Made by a program: the position numbers and the translations under genes
Shown here: positions 39,563-52,418 of the stretch, in pieces
Layout: the number at the start of each line of letters is the position of its first letter
How positions within the stretch are numbered: position 1 is the first letter of the stretch
Assembly: GCA_963733035.1 (NCBI GenBank)
Contig: CAVTBU010000007.1
Location: forward strand, 256,001-320,000
Direction: 5' to 3'
From: Pirellulales bacterium
Lineage (GTDB): Bacteria; Planctomycetota; Planctomycetia; Pirellulales; PALSA-1355
DNA length: 64,000 nt
The notes under the pieces: model-generated
What the model saw: only the letters and a program-made list of their open reading frames with translations
The model's database searches: none
What the model was told of the DNA's origin: nothing

Positions 39563-41872
39563 TCACTTCTGGGCCACGGTCGTGCCAGAGGTCATCTGCC
39601 GGGCCACTTCTTCCAGGAGCTGCACCGCCTCGGGTGGGAAGGCCCCCGCCTCGGCGCTCCAAAAGTTGATGGTTGCACGTTTCCCATCGATCACCACCGG
39701 CACGTGCATGCTCGAACGGATGTCTTTGTGCGACATGCCGGCCATGATCGAACCGTGCGTGTCCGACATGTCCTGATTCACAACCGTCTTGTCACCTTCG
39801 GCATATTCGGCCAACGATTGGCCCTTGGTCCGCACGACGGTCGAACGACTCGTGAGCGACGTGCGGACGCCGGGCCGCTCGTTGATCGACTGCAGACGCA
39901 GCCGACCGTTCTCGATCGCCGTGACACAAACGCGATCGAGCTGGGGAACGAGTTCCATTAACTGCCAGGTGAATCGATCAAACGACTTGTCCGACGTGAG
40001 CGCCACTTGCGCCTGGGCCTTGAACTCATCGTCCAACTTCACCGTATCAACACCGGCCAGGAACTCCTTCAGCCGCGTGGAAGACGCCGTGGCCGGCTTT
40101 GTCAAATCCTGGTCGGCCAACGCCATCTCGAACCAGCCGAACATCATTTCGTCCCAGGTTTGCTCGCCCCAGCCGACTTCCGCCGATGGGTCGGGGTTCG
40201 CCAGATTGTCCTCGGAGTTGTCGAAGTGGGCTACGCAGTGCATCCGCGTCCCCTTGGGCAAATACTTCGGCTCGGCCAATTCATACGTCGTCTGCCAACC
40301 GAAATCGTACATCGGAATCCAAAGCACGGTTTCCAACTTGCCATCCGGATAGATCAAGTCGTACCGGAAATCCTTGCCGCGCAGGTGCATGTGAGGCGAC
40401 ACGGAGAGCAACAGCGAGTTGTTCCGAAAGACGTAGTCGGCCTCGACCGGATAGTCAGCGGCTTGAGGCGGGATTTTGAAGGTGAAGTTGGCGGCATTCT
40501 GCACGGCCACTTCCTTCTTCACCGTCTTCGGGTCGGCAAATACAAAGCCCGCAAAGCTGCGATCAAGCTGCTTCGTGCCGTTCGCCGTGTAGTGCATCTC
40601 GAACAGAAACTTCGTCCCCTTTTGCACGAAGCGGGCGTAACCTTCGGGCAGCGGGACCTGGCGTAGTCCGGGAGCATAGGCTCCCAGCCAGTTCGAACGC
40701 AGCCGCCCGGCCCGGCCCGTGGGCGTTACGCCCGGCGGCACCAGGTAGACGATGATGTGGTGCACGACCGCCGGATTCCCCGGAACGCATTCGATCGCTT
40801 GCACCCACTTGTCTTCGGTCCAACCGGGGTCGACGACAAAGCGTTGGTACTCAATCGTTCCACTGGCCGGCACTTCGTATGGTTTGTCCGCCATGTACAG
40901 TACTTCGTCCGGAGTCGGAATCTGCCAGCCTTCCGGAAAACTGGGGGCCGGCGGCAGTTCCTTCGGGTCGCCCTCGGGTGCTCCGTTGTCCACCCACGTG
41001 AAGATCAACTCCTTTTCCTTGTCGCTCAGGCGTGCGTCGTTGGCGAAATGCCCCACGTCCGGATCGGCATGCCAGGGAGGCATGCGCCGCTCGGCAACCA
41101 CTTCGCGAATCATTTCGGCCCAGCCCACGCATTGCTCGTAGGTCGTCATCGGGAATGGACCAATCTGACCCTCGCGGTGACACGCCACGCAGTTGGCATT
41201 GAAGATCGCGGCGATGTCTTTAGTAAAGGTAACCTTGCTGTCGGCCACGGGCTTTTTGACACGGCCAATGTGACAACCTTGTGCCAGCGTCACCGGCTGG
41301 GTAACTGGCTTGCCGGCGAGCAATTCTTCGATGGCGACCGCCAAATCCCGACGCTTCGGTTCTTCGCGCTGATAGGCGATGCCGTTGCCTTGAAATCCGA
41401 ATTGATCATCCACGCGGCCCCAATAGCGAATCACGCGGTCTTGATCGAGCACGAACATTTCCGGCGTGCGGATCGCGCCGAATTGGTCGGCGATCACGTT
41501 GTTCACGTCTTTCAGCACGGGGCACGCGATGCCATGAAGCCGCGCATAGTGCGCGATTTCGGCGATCGAGTCCTGCTGATTCGAATCGACCACCACCAGC
41601 GCCACGCTCTTGTCGGCGAACTCGTCCTCGAGGGCTGCCAATCGCGGGCCGTAAAGTTTGGCCAGCGGGCACTCCGTGCCCATAAACGCCACGACGACCA
41701 GCTTCTTGTCGGCAAAGTCTGACAACTGATGCTGTTTGCCATCGACGTCCTTTGCCGAGAAGGCGTCAATTTTCTTGCCGATCGGCGAGCTGTCTTCGGC
41801 TCGAACGTCCGCAAACTGTAGGGAAACCACGCCGACCGCGAGACATGTCAGCGAGAGAAGCCGCTTGCCCAT
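39563..41872 (-). CDS. exported multidomain protein: redoxin + c-type heme + copper type II (PHM/DBH-like) monooxygenase + C-terminal GAF-like domain
   Basis: GGGAGGA RBS; signal peptide; GTECPLAKLY and TPEMFVLD (redoxin); CVACH; VVHHII, EMHY, PHMHLRGKDF, DEMM (Cu sites); IRSSMHVPV...INFWSAEAGAF (GAF-like). Confidence 0.85.
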   Translation of the reverse strand: MGKRLLSLTCLAVGVVSLQFADVRAEDSSPIGKKIDAFSAKDVDGKQHQLSDFADKKLVVVAFMGTECPLAKLYGPRLAALEDEFADKSVALVVVDSNQQDSIAEIAHYARLHGIACPVLKDVNNVIADQFGAIRTPEMFVLDQDRVIRYWGRVDDQFGFQGNGIAYQREEPKRRDLAVAIEELLAGKPVTQPVTLAQGCHIGRVKKPVADSKVTFTKDIAAIFNANCVACHREGQIGPFPMTTYEQCVGWAEMIREVVAERRMPPWHADPDVGHFANDARLSDKEKELIFTWVDNGAPEGDPKELPPAPSFPEGWQIPTPDEVLYMADKPYEVPASGTIEYQRFVVDPGWTEDKWVQAIECVPGNPAVVHHIIVYLVPPGVTPTGRAGRLRSNWLGAYAPGLRQVPLPEGYARFVQKGTKFLFEMHYTANGTKQLDRSFAGFVFADPKTVKKEVAVQNAANFTFKIPPQAADYPVEADYVFRNNSLLLSVSPHMHLRGKDFRYDLIYPDGKLETVLWIPMYDFGWQTTYELAEPKYLPKGTRMHCVAHFDNSEDNLANPDPSAEVGWGEQTWDEMMFGWFEMALADQDLTKPATASSTRLKEFLAGVDTVKLDDEFKAQAQVALTSDKSFDRFTWQLMELVPQLDRVCVTAIENGRLRLQSINERPGVRTSLTSRSTVVRTKGQSLAEYAEGDKTVVNQDMSDTHGSIMAGMSHKDIRSSMHVPVVIDGKRATINFWSAEAGAFPPEAVQLLEEVARQMTSGTTVAQK

Positions 41873-42373
41873 CTGTCGATCCTCCCTTGCCCTGCGAGGC
41901 AATGTCGCGCCCCTTGGTTGCAGTCCTGGCAAGTGACCGGTGGGGCGCCTGACCGGCGCGAGTGATCCGGCGTGATGCAATTTGTATACCAGCGTTGTAA
42001 ATCGGCAACTACCAAGCACTAGCGGTGTGCGATATGCGAGCGGTGCGCGCCCGCTCAGGTGTGCGTGCGTGCGCCTGAGCACATGTGCGAACTTCGCCAG
42101 GGCTCTGGCCGACAGCGCGCTCGCGCGGTGTTGGCGGAATAGATAGACGAAGACGCCCACGGTCGGAGGTGCTTTGCCGATACGGCCGGCGGCTCACACA
42201 GGTCCTGCCGGATTTCGCACGCCACAAAGGAGCTGGGGAGTACGGCCAGTGTCGGCGTTGCCGATGTGGACAACATGTATATGTATCGTCGTGCCATCGA
42301 CAGCCAATTTGACAGGCCCAGCCAAAGGGAATTATCGTAAGGGCTGTAGGTACCCGCCTTTAGCCGCAATCGC

Positions 42374-45253
42374 ATGAGGACTACCGGTTTGCGATTTCCT
42401 GCCTGGCTGCTGCTGATCGTCTTTTTGGCGTGCCCGTCGTTGGTTCGCGCCCAGGAAGTTCCCGCTGGCGATCCTGCTGCTGAAGAAACGGACAATAGCG
42501 ATCTATTCGACCGACACGTGGCTCCGCTTTTGGTGCGGCATTGTGTCAGTTGCCACAACCCTAGCGAAGCCTCCGGTGGACTGGATTTGACGTCCCGCGA
42601 CAAGGTGCTGGCCGGCGGCGATAGTGGAGCGGCGGCCATTACGCCGGGAGACCTGGACGCGAGTTATCTGCTCGAGAGGATTCGAGCCGGCGAAATGCCA
42701 CCCGAAGGAAAAGCAGCGCCAGTGCCGGCCGATGCGGTGGCTCGCCTGGAAGCTTGGATTAAAGCCGACGCCACATGGCCCGACACGCGCCAGCTCAGCG
42801 CGTTCGAATTCACGACCGATGCGCGGGCTGGCCGTGATTGGTGGTCGCTCGAGGTACCCCGGCAACCGGCAATTCCCAGCGTGAAGCAAGACGGCTGGGT
42901 GCGAACGCCTGTCGACTCGTTCGTCCTCGCGCGGCTGGAAGCAGCGCAACTGGAGCCGGCCCCCGAAGCGGATCGGGCCACGTTCATTCGCCGCGCCATG
43001 CTCGACCTGCATGGGTTGCCGCCAACACCTGAGGAGATTGCGGCCTTCGTGGCCGACACCTCGCCGGACGCGTACGAGCAACTCGTCGATCGGCTGTTGG
43101 CGTCTCCCCGATACGGTGAGCGTTGGGCTCGACATTGGCTCGACATCGTGCGCTTTGGCGAGAGCGACGGCTACGAGAAGAACTTGCCGCGGCCAAACGC
43201 CTGGCCTTATCGCGACTGGGTAATCGCAGCATTTAACGACGACCTGGCTTATCCCGAATTCATTTTCCGCCAGTTGGCTGGCGACCAGGTTGAAGACGAC
43301 GCCGCAACCGGTTACCTCGTCGGGGGAACGCATGACGAGGTGGCCAGCCCCGACCCGGAATTGACGCTCAATCAACGAGCCAATGATCTCAACGACATGC
43401 TGTCGACGACGACCACGGCTTTCCTGGGTCTGACGGCCGGGTGCGCAAAATGTCACGATCACAAGTTCGACCCGATCGCGCAGCGCGACTATTACTCCCT
43501 GCAGGCGATCTTCGCCGGCGTGCAACACGGCACGCGCGAGCTGCGCACCGAAGATTCTGAACAGCGCCGGCAAAGGGCGGCCAAGCTTCGTGAACAACTC
43601 GATCGTCTGGAGCAAGAAGCGAACGACCTGACGGCGCGATACCAGCCGCTGGCCCATGTGGACGGAGCAAAAGAAGGCACGCTGCGCGCGGCCGTGAATG
43701 TGCGGCTAAACGTCGATCGCTTCGAGCCGGTCTCCGCGCGGTTCGTGCGTTTTACCGTGCTTGAGACAAGCAACGTCGAACCGTGCATTGACGAGTTCGA
43801 GATCTTCACCGGTGAAGACAACCCGCGGAATGTGGCCTTGGCCAGCCTGGGCGCAAAGGCCACGGCGTCCAGCGTATACGCCGGGGGCACCAGCAAAATC
43901 CATCGCCTGGAGCACCTCAACGACGCGCAGTACGGTAATTCCCACAGCTGGATTTCCGCCGAGACTGGCGGCGGCTGGGTGCAGATCGAGCTACCCCAGC
44001 CAGCACTCATTGAACGAGTCGAGTGGGCACGCGACCGCGAAGGGAAGTTCGCCGACCGTTTGGCAACGAAATACCGCATCGACGTCAGCGACTCGGGCGA
44101 CGACTGGCGGCCGGTCGCGACCGCCGATGATCGGCAACCATACGATCCCCAGGCCAAGCGGCAACCGCCGCTACGATCGAGCGGCCTGCCGCCGGAAATC
44201 GGCGAGCGGGTTGAACAACTCGAACAACAGGCGGCTGTGTTGCGCAAGCAGCTTGAAGCCCTCTCGCCCACGATGGCGTATCTCGGCACATTCAAGCAGC
44301 CGGAAGTCACCAGGATTTACTATCGCGGCGACCCCATGCAACAGCGCGACGAGGTTCCGCCGGCCGCGATTGCGGCTGTCGGCGACCCGCTCGTCTTGCC
44401 GCCTGACACGCCGGAAGCCAAGCGGCGGATCGCGCTGGCCAAATGGATCGGCAGCCGGTCGAACCCGTTGACCGCGCGGGTCATGGTGAACCGCATCTGG
44501 CATTACCACTTCGGCCAGGGGTTGGTGAAAACGCCAAGCGATTTCGGCTTTAACGGTGGACGGCCGTCGCATCCCGAGTTGCTCGACTACCTGGCCACCG
44601 AATTCATGGAGCGAGGCTGGCATCCAAAGCAAATTCACCGATTGATCATGCTCTCGAACACGTATCGACAAGCGAGTCAATTCAACGCCGACGCGGCGGC
44701 TCAGGACGCCGATTGCCGTCTGCTGTGGCGTTTTCCCCCGCGGCGGCTCGAAGCCGAGCCGATTCGCGACAGTATTCTTAGTACCAGCGGAGTCCTCAAC
44801 CTGACAATGGGAGGTCCCGGCTACAGCCCCTTCGCGCCGAACGACAACTACGTGCGGGTTTACGCGCCAAAAGAGGAATTCGGATCCGCTGATTGGCGGC
44901 GGATGGTCTTTCAAGAGAAGCCGCGCTCACGCCAGGACGGCACGTTCGGAGAATTCGATTGCCCCGACGCCACGCAGGTCGTCGGTCGTCGGAATGTCTC
45001 GACAACGGCGCTGCAAGCACTCAACCTGCTGAATGCCTCTTTCATGATGCAACAGGCCGAACTCTTCTCCCAGCGGCTGGAGCGCGAAGCCAAGACACCT
45101 GCCGACCAGGTCCGCCGAGCCTTCTGGCTGGCCTTTGGCCGCGAGCCCGATAACGATGAACTCAAGGCTGCTGAATCTCTAGTCCACGATCAGGGACTGA
45201 TGATCTTCTGCCGCGCGCTCTACAACAGCAACGAGTTTTTGTACGTGAACTAG
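42374..45253 (+). CDS. planctomycete cytochrome c / PSD1 protein (PSCyt1-DUF1549-F5/8C-like-DUF1553)
   Basis: CVSCH and CAKCHDHKFDPI hemes; YGERWARHWLD; NPLTARVMVNRIWHYHFGQG; PSHPELLDYLA; RRLEAEPIRD. Confidence 0.93.
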   Translation: MRTTGLRFPAWLLLIVFLACPSLVRAQEVPAGDPAAEETDNSDLFDRHVAPLLVRHCVSCHNPSEASGGLDLTSRDKVLAGGDSGAAAITPGDLDASYLLERIRAGEMPPEGKAAPVPADAVARLEAWIKADATWPDTRQLSAFEFTTDARAGRDWWSLEVPRQPAIPSVKQDGWVRTPVDSFVLARLEAAQLEPAPEADRATFIRRAMLDLHGLPPTPEEIAAFVADTSPDAYEQLVDRLLASPRYGERWARHWLDIVRFGESDGYEKNLPRPNAWPYRDWVIAAFNDDLAYPEFIFRQLAGDQVEDDAATGYLVGGTHDEVASPDPELTLNQRANDLNDMLSTTTTAFLGLTAGCAKCHDHKFDPIAQRDYYSLQAIFAGVQHGTRELRTEDSEQRRQRAAKLREQLDRLEQEANDLTARYQPLAHVDGAKEGTLRAAVNVRLNVDRFEPVSARFVRFTVLETSNVEPCIDEFEIFTGEDNPRNVALASLGAKATASSVYAGGTSKIHRLEHLNDAQYGNSHSWISAETGGGWVQIELPQPALIERVEWARDREGKFADRLATKYRIDVSDSGDDWRPVATADDRQPYDPQAKRQPPLRSSGLPPEIGERVEQLEQQAAVLRKQLEALSPTMAYLGTFKQPEVTRIYYRGDPMQQRDEVPPAAIAAVGDPLVLPPDTPEAKRRIALAKWIGSRSNPLTARVMVNRIWHYHFGQGLVKTPSDFGFNGGRPSHPELLDYLATEFMERGWHPKQIHRLIMLSNTYRQASQFNADAAAQDADCRLLWRFPPRRLEAEPIRDSILSTSGVLNLTMGGPGYSPFAPNDNYVRVYAPKEEFGSADWRRMVFQEKPRSRQDGTFGEFDCPDATQVVGRRNVSTTALQALNLLNASFMMQQAELFSQRLEREAKTPADQVRRAFWLAFGREPDNDELKAAESLVHDQGLMIFCRALYNSNEFLYVN

Positions 45254-45285
45254 CTTCGCCGTCGTCCATCAGTGGAAAGTCAAAT

Positions 45286-46783
45286 ATGCCCTCTCGCGAT
45301 GTTCACGATCCTGTGCTTTCCCACGCTGGTCGGCGACTCTTGGATCGACGAGGGTTTTTGACGCATGCGGCAGGTGGGTTGAGCGGGATTGCGCTGGCGA
45401 GCTTGCTCTCGCGTGAAGGGTTGCTGCTGGGCAACGAACTGGGACCGATCCGCCCGAGCATCGTTCCCGACGCGCCCCTGGCAGCGCGGCAGCCGCATTT
45501 TCCGGCCAAAGCCAAGCGCGTGCTCATGATCTTCTGTTCGGGCGCGTGCAGCCATCTGGATACGTGGGACTACAAGCCCGAACTCATCAAGCGGCACGAC
45601 ACGCCGATGCCGGGGCTCGACAACCTGGTCACGTTCCAGGGGAAGAACGGCAATCTGATCAAGAGTCCTTGGGAGTTCAAGCCGCGCGGTGAGAGCGGCA
45701 AGTACGTTTCCGATCTGCTGCCGAACCTGGCCGAGCTGGCCGACGACATGTGCTTCATCCACTCGATGACGTCGAAGACCAATACGCACGGACCGGGCGA
45801 GAATTTCATGAGCACCGGCTTCACGCTTGAAGGCTATCCGAGCGCCGGAGCCTGGGTGACCTATGCCCTGGGGAGCGAGTGCGACAACTTGCCAGCGTTC
45901 GTGGCGATTCCTGATCCGCGCGGGATTCCGCAAGTGGGGCCGAACAACTGGTCGAGCGGCTTTTTGCCAGCCGTGTTCCAGGGAACGTCGTTCAACACGC
46001 AACAGCCCATCTCGAACCTGTCCACACCCAGCCAGGTTAGCCCCCGGGCCCAAACCGCCACGCGCGACTTTTTGAAGCTACTTAACGACAAGCACCTGGA
46101 ACGAAATCCCGGTGACACGGAGCTTACGCGCGGATCGCCAGCTACGAACTGGCCGCCAAACTGCAGCTCAGCGCCCGGAAGTTTCGGACCTCTCGCGCGA
46201 GACAGCGGCCACGCACGAAGCCTATGGCACTGAAGATGCCAACAAGATCAAGGCCGGCTTCGCCCGCAATTGCCTGCTCGCCCGGCGCCTGCTCGAGCGG
46301 GGCGTCCGTTTCGTCCAGTTGTTCAACGGCGCCTACGCGATGGGTGAGGGAGTCGGCAACTGGGATGGCCACAAGGCGATCAAGGATCAGTATTCGGTGC
46401 ATGCCCCGATCCTCGATCAGCCCGCCGCGGCGTTGCTCAAGGACCTGAAGGCCCGCGGCATGCTCGACGATACGCTGGTTGTGTGGTGTACCGAGTTCGG
46501 CCGGATGCCAACCTTCCAAGCAGGTGCGAAGGGCCGCGATCACAATCCCAAGGGGTTTACCGTGTGGTTGGCCGGGGCCGGCGTCAAGCGGGCCACCAGC
46601 TATGGCGCCACGGACGAATTCGGTTACCAGGCCGTGGAAAACTCGAGCAGCGTCTATGAACTGCACGCTACGATCCTGCATCTGCTCGGGCTCGATCACC
46701 ACCGCCTCAGCTACTTCCACAACGGCGCCGAACAACGCCTGACGTTCGTGCACGGCCGGGTGATTGAGGACGTGTTGGCTTAG
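45286..46783 (+). CDS. DUF1501 family protein (two frameshifts, ~46127 and ~46175)
   Basis: Tat-like [31 protein letters not shown]. Adding one base at each site restores [25 protein letters not shown]; then [27 protein letters not shown]; ~499 aa. Confidence 0.88.
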
Positions 46784-46839
46784 CCCCCACCGGTCGTCCG
46801 TTCGGGCAAACGAGCCTGGGTCACGCCGCACGTCGCTGG

Positions 46840-47399
46840 TGTTTGCGGCCAGTCGCACGACCTGATGGCCTTCGTCGCCCAGTTGCCGACGCCCCGTCAA
46901 ATCCTGCCTGAAGACCGCCAGCAGGCCAGGCAGATCGAGCACGGTGAAGAGCTATTCAACCGTGTTGGTTGTGCCGTTTGCCATCGCCGAACGCTCGCCC
47001 ACGTTGTCGGACTGTACAGCGACCTGCTGGTCCACGACATGGGCGAGCAGTTGGCCGACCCGTCGCCGGCGCCGGCCGGTTCGACCGCGGTACGGCCGCG
47101 GCGAACGGCGGGCGGGGCCTACGGCGTCAGCCTAGCGCAAGTCAGGACTGCCAGCGCACCGCTGTCTCTTGACGAGCGAAAACGCGAATGGAAGACACTG
47201 CCGCTGTGGGGAGTGCGCGATTCCGGGCCCTATTTTCACGATGGCCCGCGCCGAGACGATTGACGAAGCGATTTCCTACCATGGCGGCGAAGCGGCCGGA
47301 TCAGTGCAACTCTTTCAGGCATTGCCGGCGCAAGAACAATCCACCGTGCTGGACTTTCTGAAAACACTTGCCGCGCCAAACCCCGCGAACCTTCGCTAG
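46840..47399 (+). pseudogene. C-terminal fragment of a DUF1111 / di-heme oxidoreductase family gene (5'-truncated, frameshift at ~47246)
   Basis: GEELFNRVGCAVCH, LYSDLLVHDMG, WKTLPLWGVRDSGPYFHDG; removing one C gives HDGRAETIDEAISYHGGEA. Only ~180 codons, one CxxCH, no signal peptide. Confidence 0.7.
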
Positions 47400-47433
47400 C
47401 CAGCGGCGGAGTTCTCAGTTCGTTCGCCGTCGT

Positions 47434-48531
47434 CTACTGCGTATATCCCTTTGCCGGCGAGTTGCTGCCGTCGGGGGACATGTACGGATTGGCTTGCGAG
47501 TAGGCCGAGGCCGGGTTGCTGTAGCGATCGGCGACGGCCGTGGGGGTTCTCGTTTCGGGAATGTAGTCGGTCGTGCCGCCTGGTCGGTAATAGGGATCCT
47601 TTCGCTGCGCGACGACATTTGGCTCGGCCGGCATTTCGTATTGTGGCACGCCTGGCGGCGAGTAACCCGTGTCGCCCGGAGCATAGTCCGTGCTGCCGGG
47701 CTGATAGCCGCCGGCCGGTGGCGCATCGGCCATGGCGTCAGCCGGCGCTGCCGATGGCGGAGCGGGGGCACCGTACGGATCGGCCGATTGCTGCGCGCCA
47801 TAATGGTCGGCGGCCGCTTGCTCGGTTTGAGCGGGCGACGCATAGGGATTCGCTGTCGCCGCGGCCTGCGGAACCGCGCCATAAGGGTTGCCTGGCGGCG
47901 CGGCCGCCGCGGTGGCGCCGTAATGATCAGGGGGCATCGCGTCATAGCCGGGCGCGGCCCCGCCGGCATACGGGTTAGCCCCGGCTGGGGCACCATAGGG
48001 ATTTGCGGCGGCGGTTGCACCGTAAGGATTGGCCGCTACGGTTCCGCCGTAGGGGTTCGCCGCCGTTTGCGATGCCGCTTGATACGCGTCGGGGGCCCCT
48101 GTCGTTGGATAACCGGTGGCTGGCGCGGCCGCGGGTGGTTGTCCGTAGGCGTCGGAATAAGCCCCTTGTTGCGGCGCCCCGACCATCGCGGCCGGATCCG
48201 CACCAGCGGCTGGCGGGTTGTTGTAGCCCGCTGTTGCACCCGGGTAGGGGGTTCCGTCGAGCGAACCGGTGGCCGCGGGTGCCGCAAAGGCCAACGCGCC
48301 CGCTTGTGTGGCGGCGCCCGCGGGTGCTCCGGCCGTCGAGGCGTAGGTGCTCGACGCATAGTCGACCGTGGGGCTGGCTGTGGCCGAGGGCAATTGCGGA
48401 TCGGCCGTCTTGGCCAATGCGGCGCTTGACTTCTTGCGGTTCCAACTCCAGCCCGAACTGCCGCTGCGACAGCCGGCAAGAGCCAACACCGTAACAAGTA
48501 CGATCGCGGTTTGGGCGGGCATCGCTCGCAT
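47434..48531 (-). CDS. low-complexity Ala/Pro/Tyr/Gly-rich lipoprotein with (A/G)(N/D)PY repeats
   Basis: Lipobox VLALAGC; repeats ANPYG, ANPYA, GNPYG, ADPYG; C-terminal YYRPGGTTDY. Start at 48531 or 48522. Confidence 0.8.
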   Translation of the reverse strand: MRAMPAQTAIVLVTVLALAGCRSGSSGWSWNRKKSSAALAKTADPQLPSATASPTVDYASSTYASTAGAPAGAATQAGALAFAAPAATGSLDGTPYPGATAGYNNPPAAGADPAAMVGAPQQGAYSDAYGQPPAAAPATGYPTTGAPDAYQAASQTAANPYGGTVAANPYGATAAANPYGAPAGANPYAGGAAPGYDAMPPDHYGATAAAAPPGNPYGAVPQAAATANPYASPAQTEQAAADHYGAQQSADPYGAPAPPSAAPADAMADAPPAGGYQPGSTDYAPGDTGYSPPGVPQYEMPAEPNVVAQRKDPYYRPGGTTDYIPETRTPTAVADRYSNPASAYSQANPYMSPDGSNSPAKGYTQ

Positions 48532-48539
48532 GACGCACT

Positions 48540-48682
48540 GGTCCCTTTTCGGTGAACGCGAGAAGGGATCGCACCGAGGCTCGCGCGACTTCCCTGTCGC
48601 ATGGCCCTAGGCGGTCCTCTTCCCTGAGGACGTGTGATTTGATTGGTGAAGTGTCGAAAGCGACCGCCAGAAACTTCCGTCC
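48540..48682 (-). promoter_or_regulatory. leader with several ANGGA hairpins (candidate CsrA/RsmA sites)
   Basis: Minus strand: GTCCTC-AGGGAA-GAGGAC (48614-48631), GCGAC-AGGGAA-GTCGC (48585-48600), GGACGGAAGTT (~48672-48682), and AGGGA at the RBS. Confidence 0.55.
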
Positions 48683-48949
48683 ACCGCACATCTGGTTGGG
48701 GCAAGCTGCCTCGACCTTTGTCGATATTCGAAATCTAACGGCCCGCGTCGCGACCCGGATTCAAAAAGTTCACCGGGTCGCAGGTTTCCTGGTTGAGCTT
48801 TCGGCCCCACGCAGGGCGGGGATTATAGGAAACGCCTCTAGCCGGTCAACGCCAAAAGCTCGGCCCGCGCGGTGCCATCGGACGAGAGTACGCGCGCGAG
48901 CCCAAATCTTGTGGCGCCAATTGGCTGGCTGCCAGCATCGCCAGCAGGC

Positions 48950-49558
48950 TTATTTCGTGGCTGCGTCGTAGAGTTTGCCAACGGCGTCCCAATCGATCAC
49001 GTTGAAAAACGCGGCGACGTAGTCGGGACGGCGGTTCTGGTAGTGCAAGTAGTACGCGTGCTCCCAGACGTCAATTCCCAGGATCGGCACGGCGCCGGCC
49101 ATGAGCGGATTGTCTTGGTTCGGCGTGCTTTCGACGACGAGTTTCTTATCCTTGACCGTCAGCCAGGCCCAACCGCTGCCAAAGCGGCCGGCCGCGGCGG
49201 CGCTAAAGTCGGCCTTGAACTTGTCGAAGCCTCCCAGTTCCTTCTCGATCGCTTCAGCCAACTTGCCGCTCGGCTTACCGCCCTTGCCAGGACCCATCGT
49301 GGTCCAGAACAACGAGTGGTTGTAATGCCCGCCGCCGTTGTTGCGCACCGCCGTACGGATCTTCTCGGGCACCTGGTCGATTTTGCGGCAGAGTTCGTCG
49401 ACCGGCAGCTTGTCCCATTCGGTCCCTTCGATGGCCTTGTTCACGTTGTTGACGTAGGCCTGATGGTGTTTGTCGTGATGGATTTCCATCGTGCGCGCAT
49501 CAATGTGGGGCTCGAGAGCATTGTTCGGGTAGGGCAGCGCCGGAAGTTCGTAAGGCAT
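48950..49558 (-). CDS. sodA: superoxide dismutase, Mn type
   Basis: [18 protein letters not shown] (Mn-type GGG), [29 protein letters not shown]. Confidence 0.93.
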   Translation of the reverse strand: MPYELPALPYPNNALEPHIDARTMEIHHDKHHQAYVNNVNKAIEGTEWDKLPVDELCRKIDQVPEKIRTAVRNNGGGHYNHSLFWTTMGPGKGGKPSGKLAEAIEKELGGFDKFKADFSAAAAGRFGSGWAWLTVKDKKLVVESTPNQDNPLMAGAVPILGIDVWEHAYYLHYQNRRPDYVAAFFNVIDWDAVGKLYDAATK

Positions 49559-49791
49559 CGTCTATCTCCTCCTGTTGCGGTGTGGTCGCCGTTTATCGCG
49601 TGCAAAATCAGTGCCGCGCCTGGCCGAAACTTGAAACATCGGTGCATTTGTCCGCGGCAAGACCGCGCAGCATACCCGATTCACCGCAAACTGACAATCG
49701 TTGAGCACATGCCGACACCATCGGCGGTCGGTTGTTGCCGTCAGCGATCCCGAAACGTCGCGTGGCGAGCATGCCGAATGCGCGGCAACTT

Positions 49792-51895
<2,104 letters not shown>

Positions 51896-52418
51896 CGGAG
51901 GTTGCGGTGCCAGGTCGGATGCGTCGGGATCAGGCACAAGCGTGCTCAACTGATTGCTCCGTTCTCTGCGAAGAACTTCCGCTACGGCATGGAGCCGAAG
52001 AGGTCGCGAATGGCTGCTCGGATAAGAATGTAATGCAGCCCCGCTGCATCCAGTCACCGGCGATCGACCTCGCCGATCACCCGGACTCTTCCGGTGACGA
52101 GGTTGCGGCAAACATTCAAGAGCATCGTTAGTAAACTTAGGTCGGATTTTCGGTTGCGTCAAAACCCCGTCTCCGCGCAGTCGACTGGGAAGATTTTGTC
52201 GGTTGTGCGGCCGTTCCGACGATCGGCTAGAGCGCGCGCATCGCCGCTTGTCCTTCGGCCACTCGATTGCACGGCTTCGGGTGGAGACGCCCGGCCGCGG
52301 TTGCCGAATTCGATAGAGTCGAAACTTTCCCCGCCGACCTTGCCCTCAAGCCTTCCCACCCGCTGGCACGCTTCGCACGCGTAGATGTGCCTAAGAGTGA
52401 GCCGCGATTTGACGCTCT

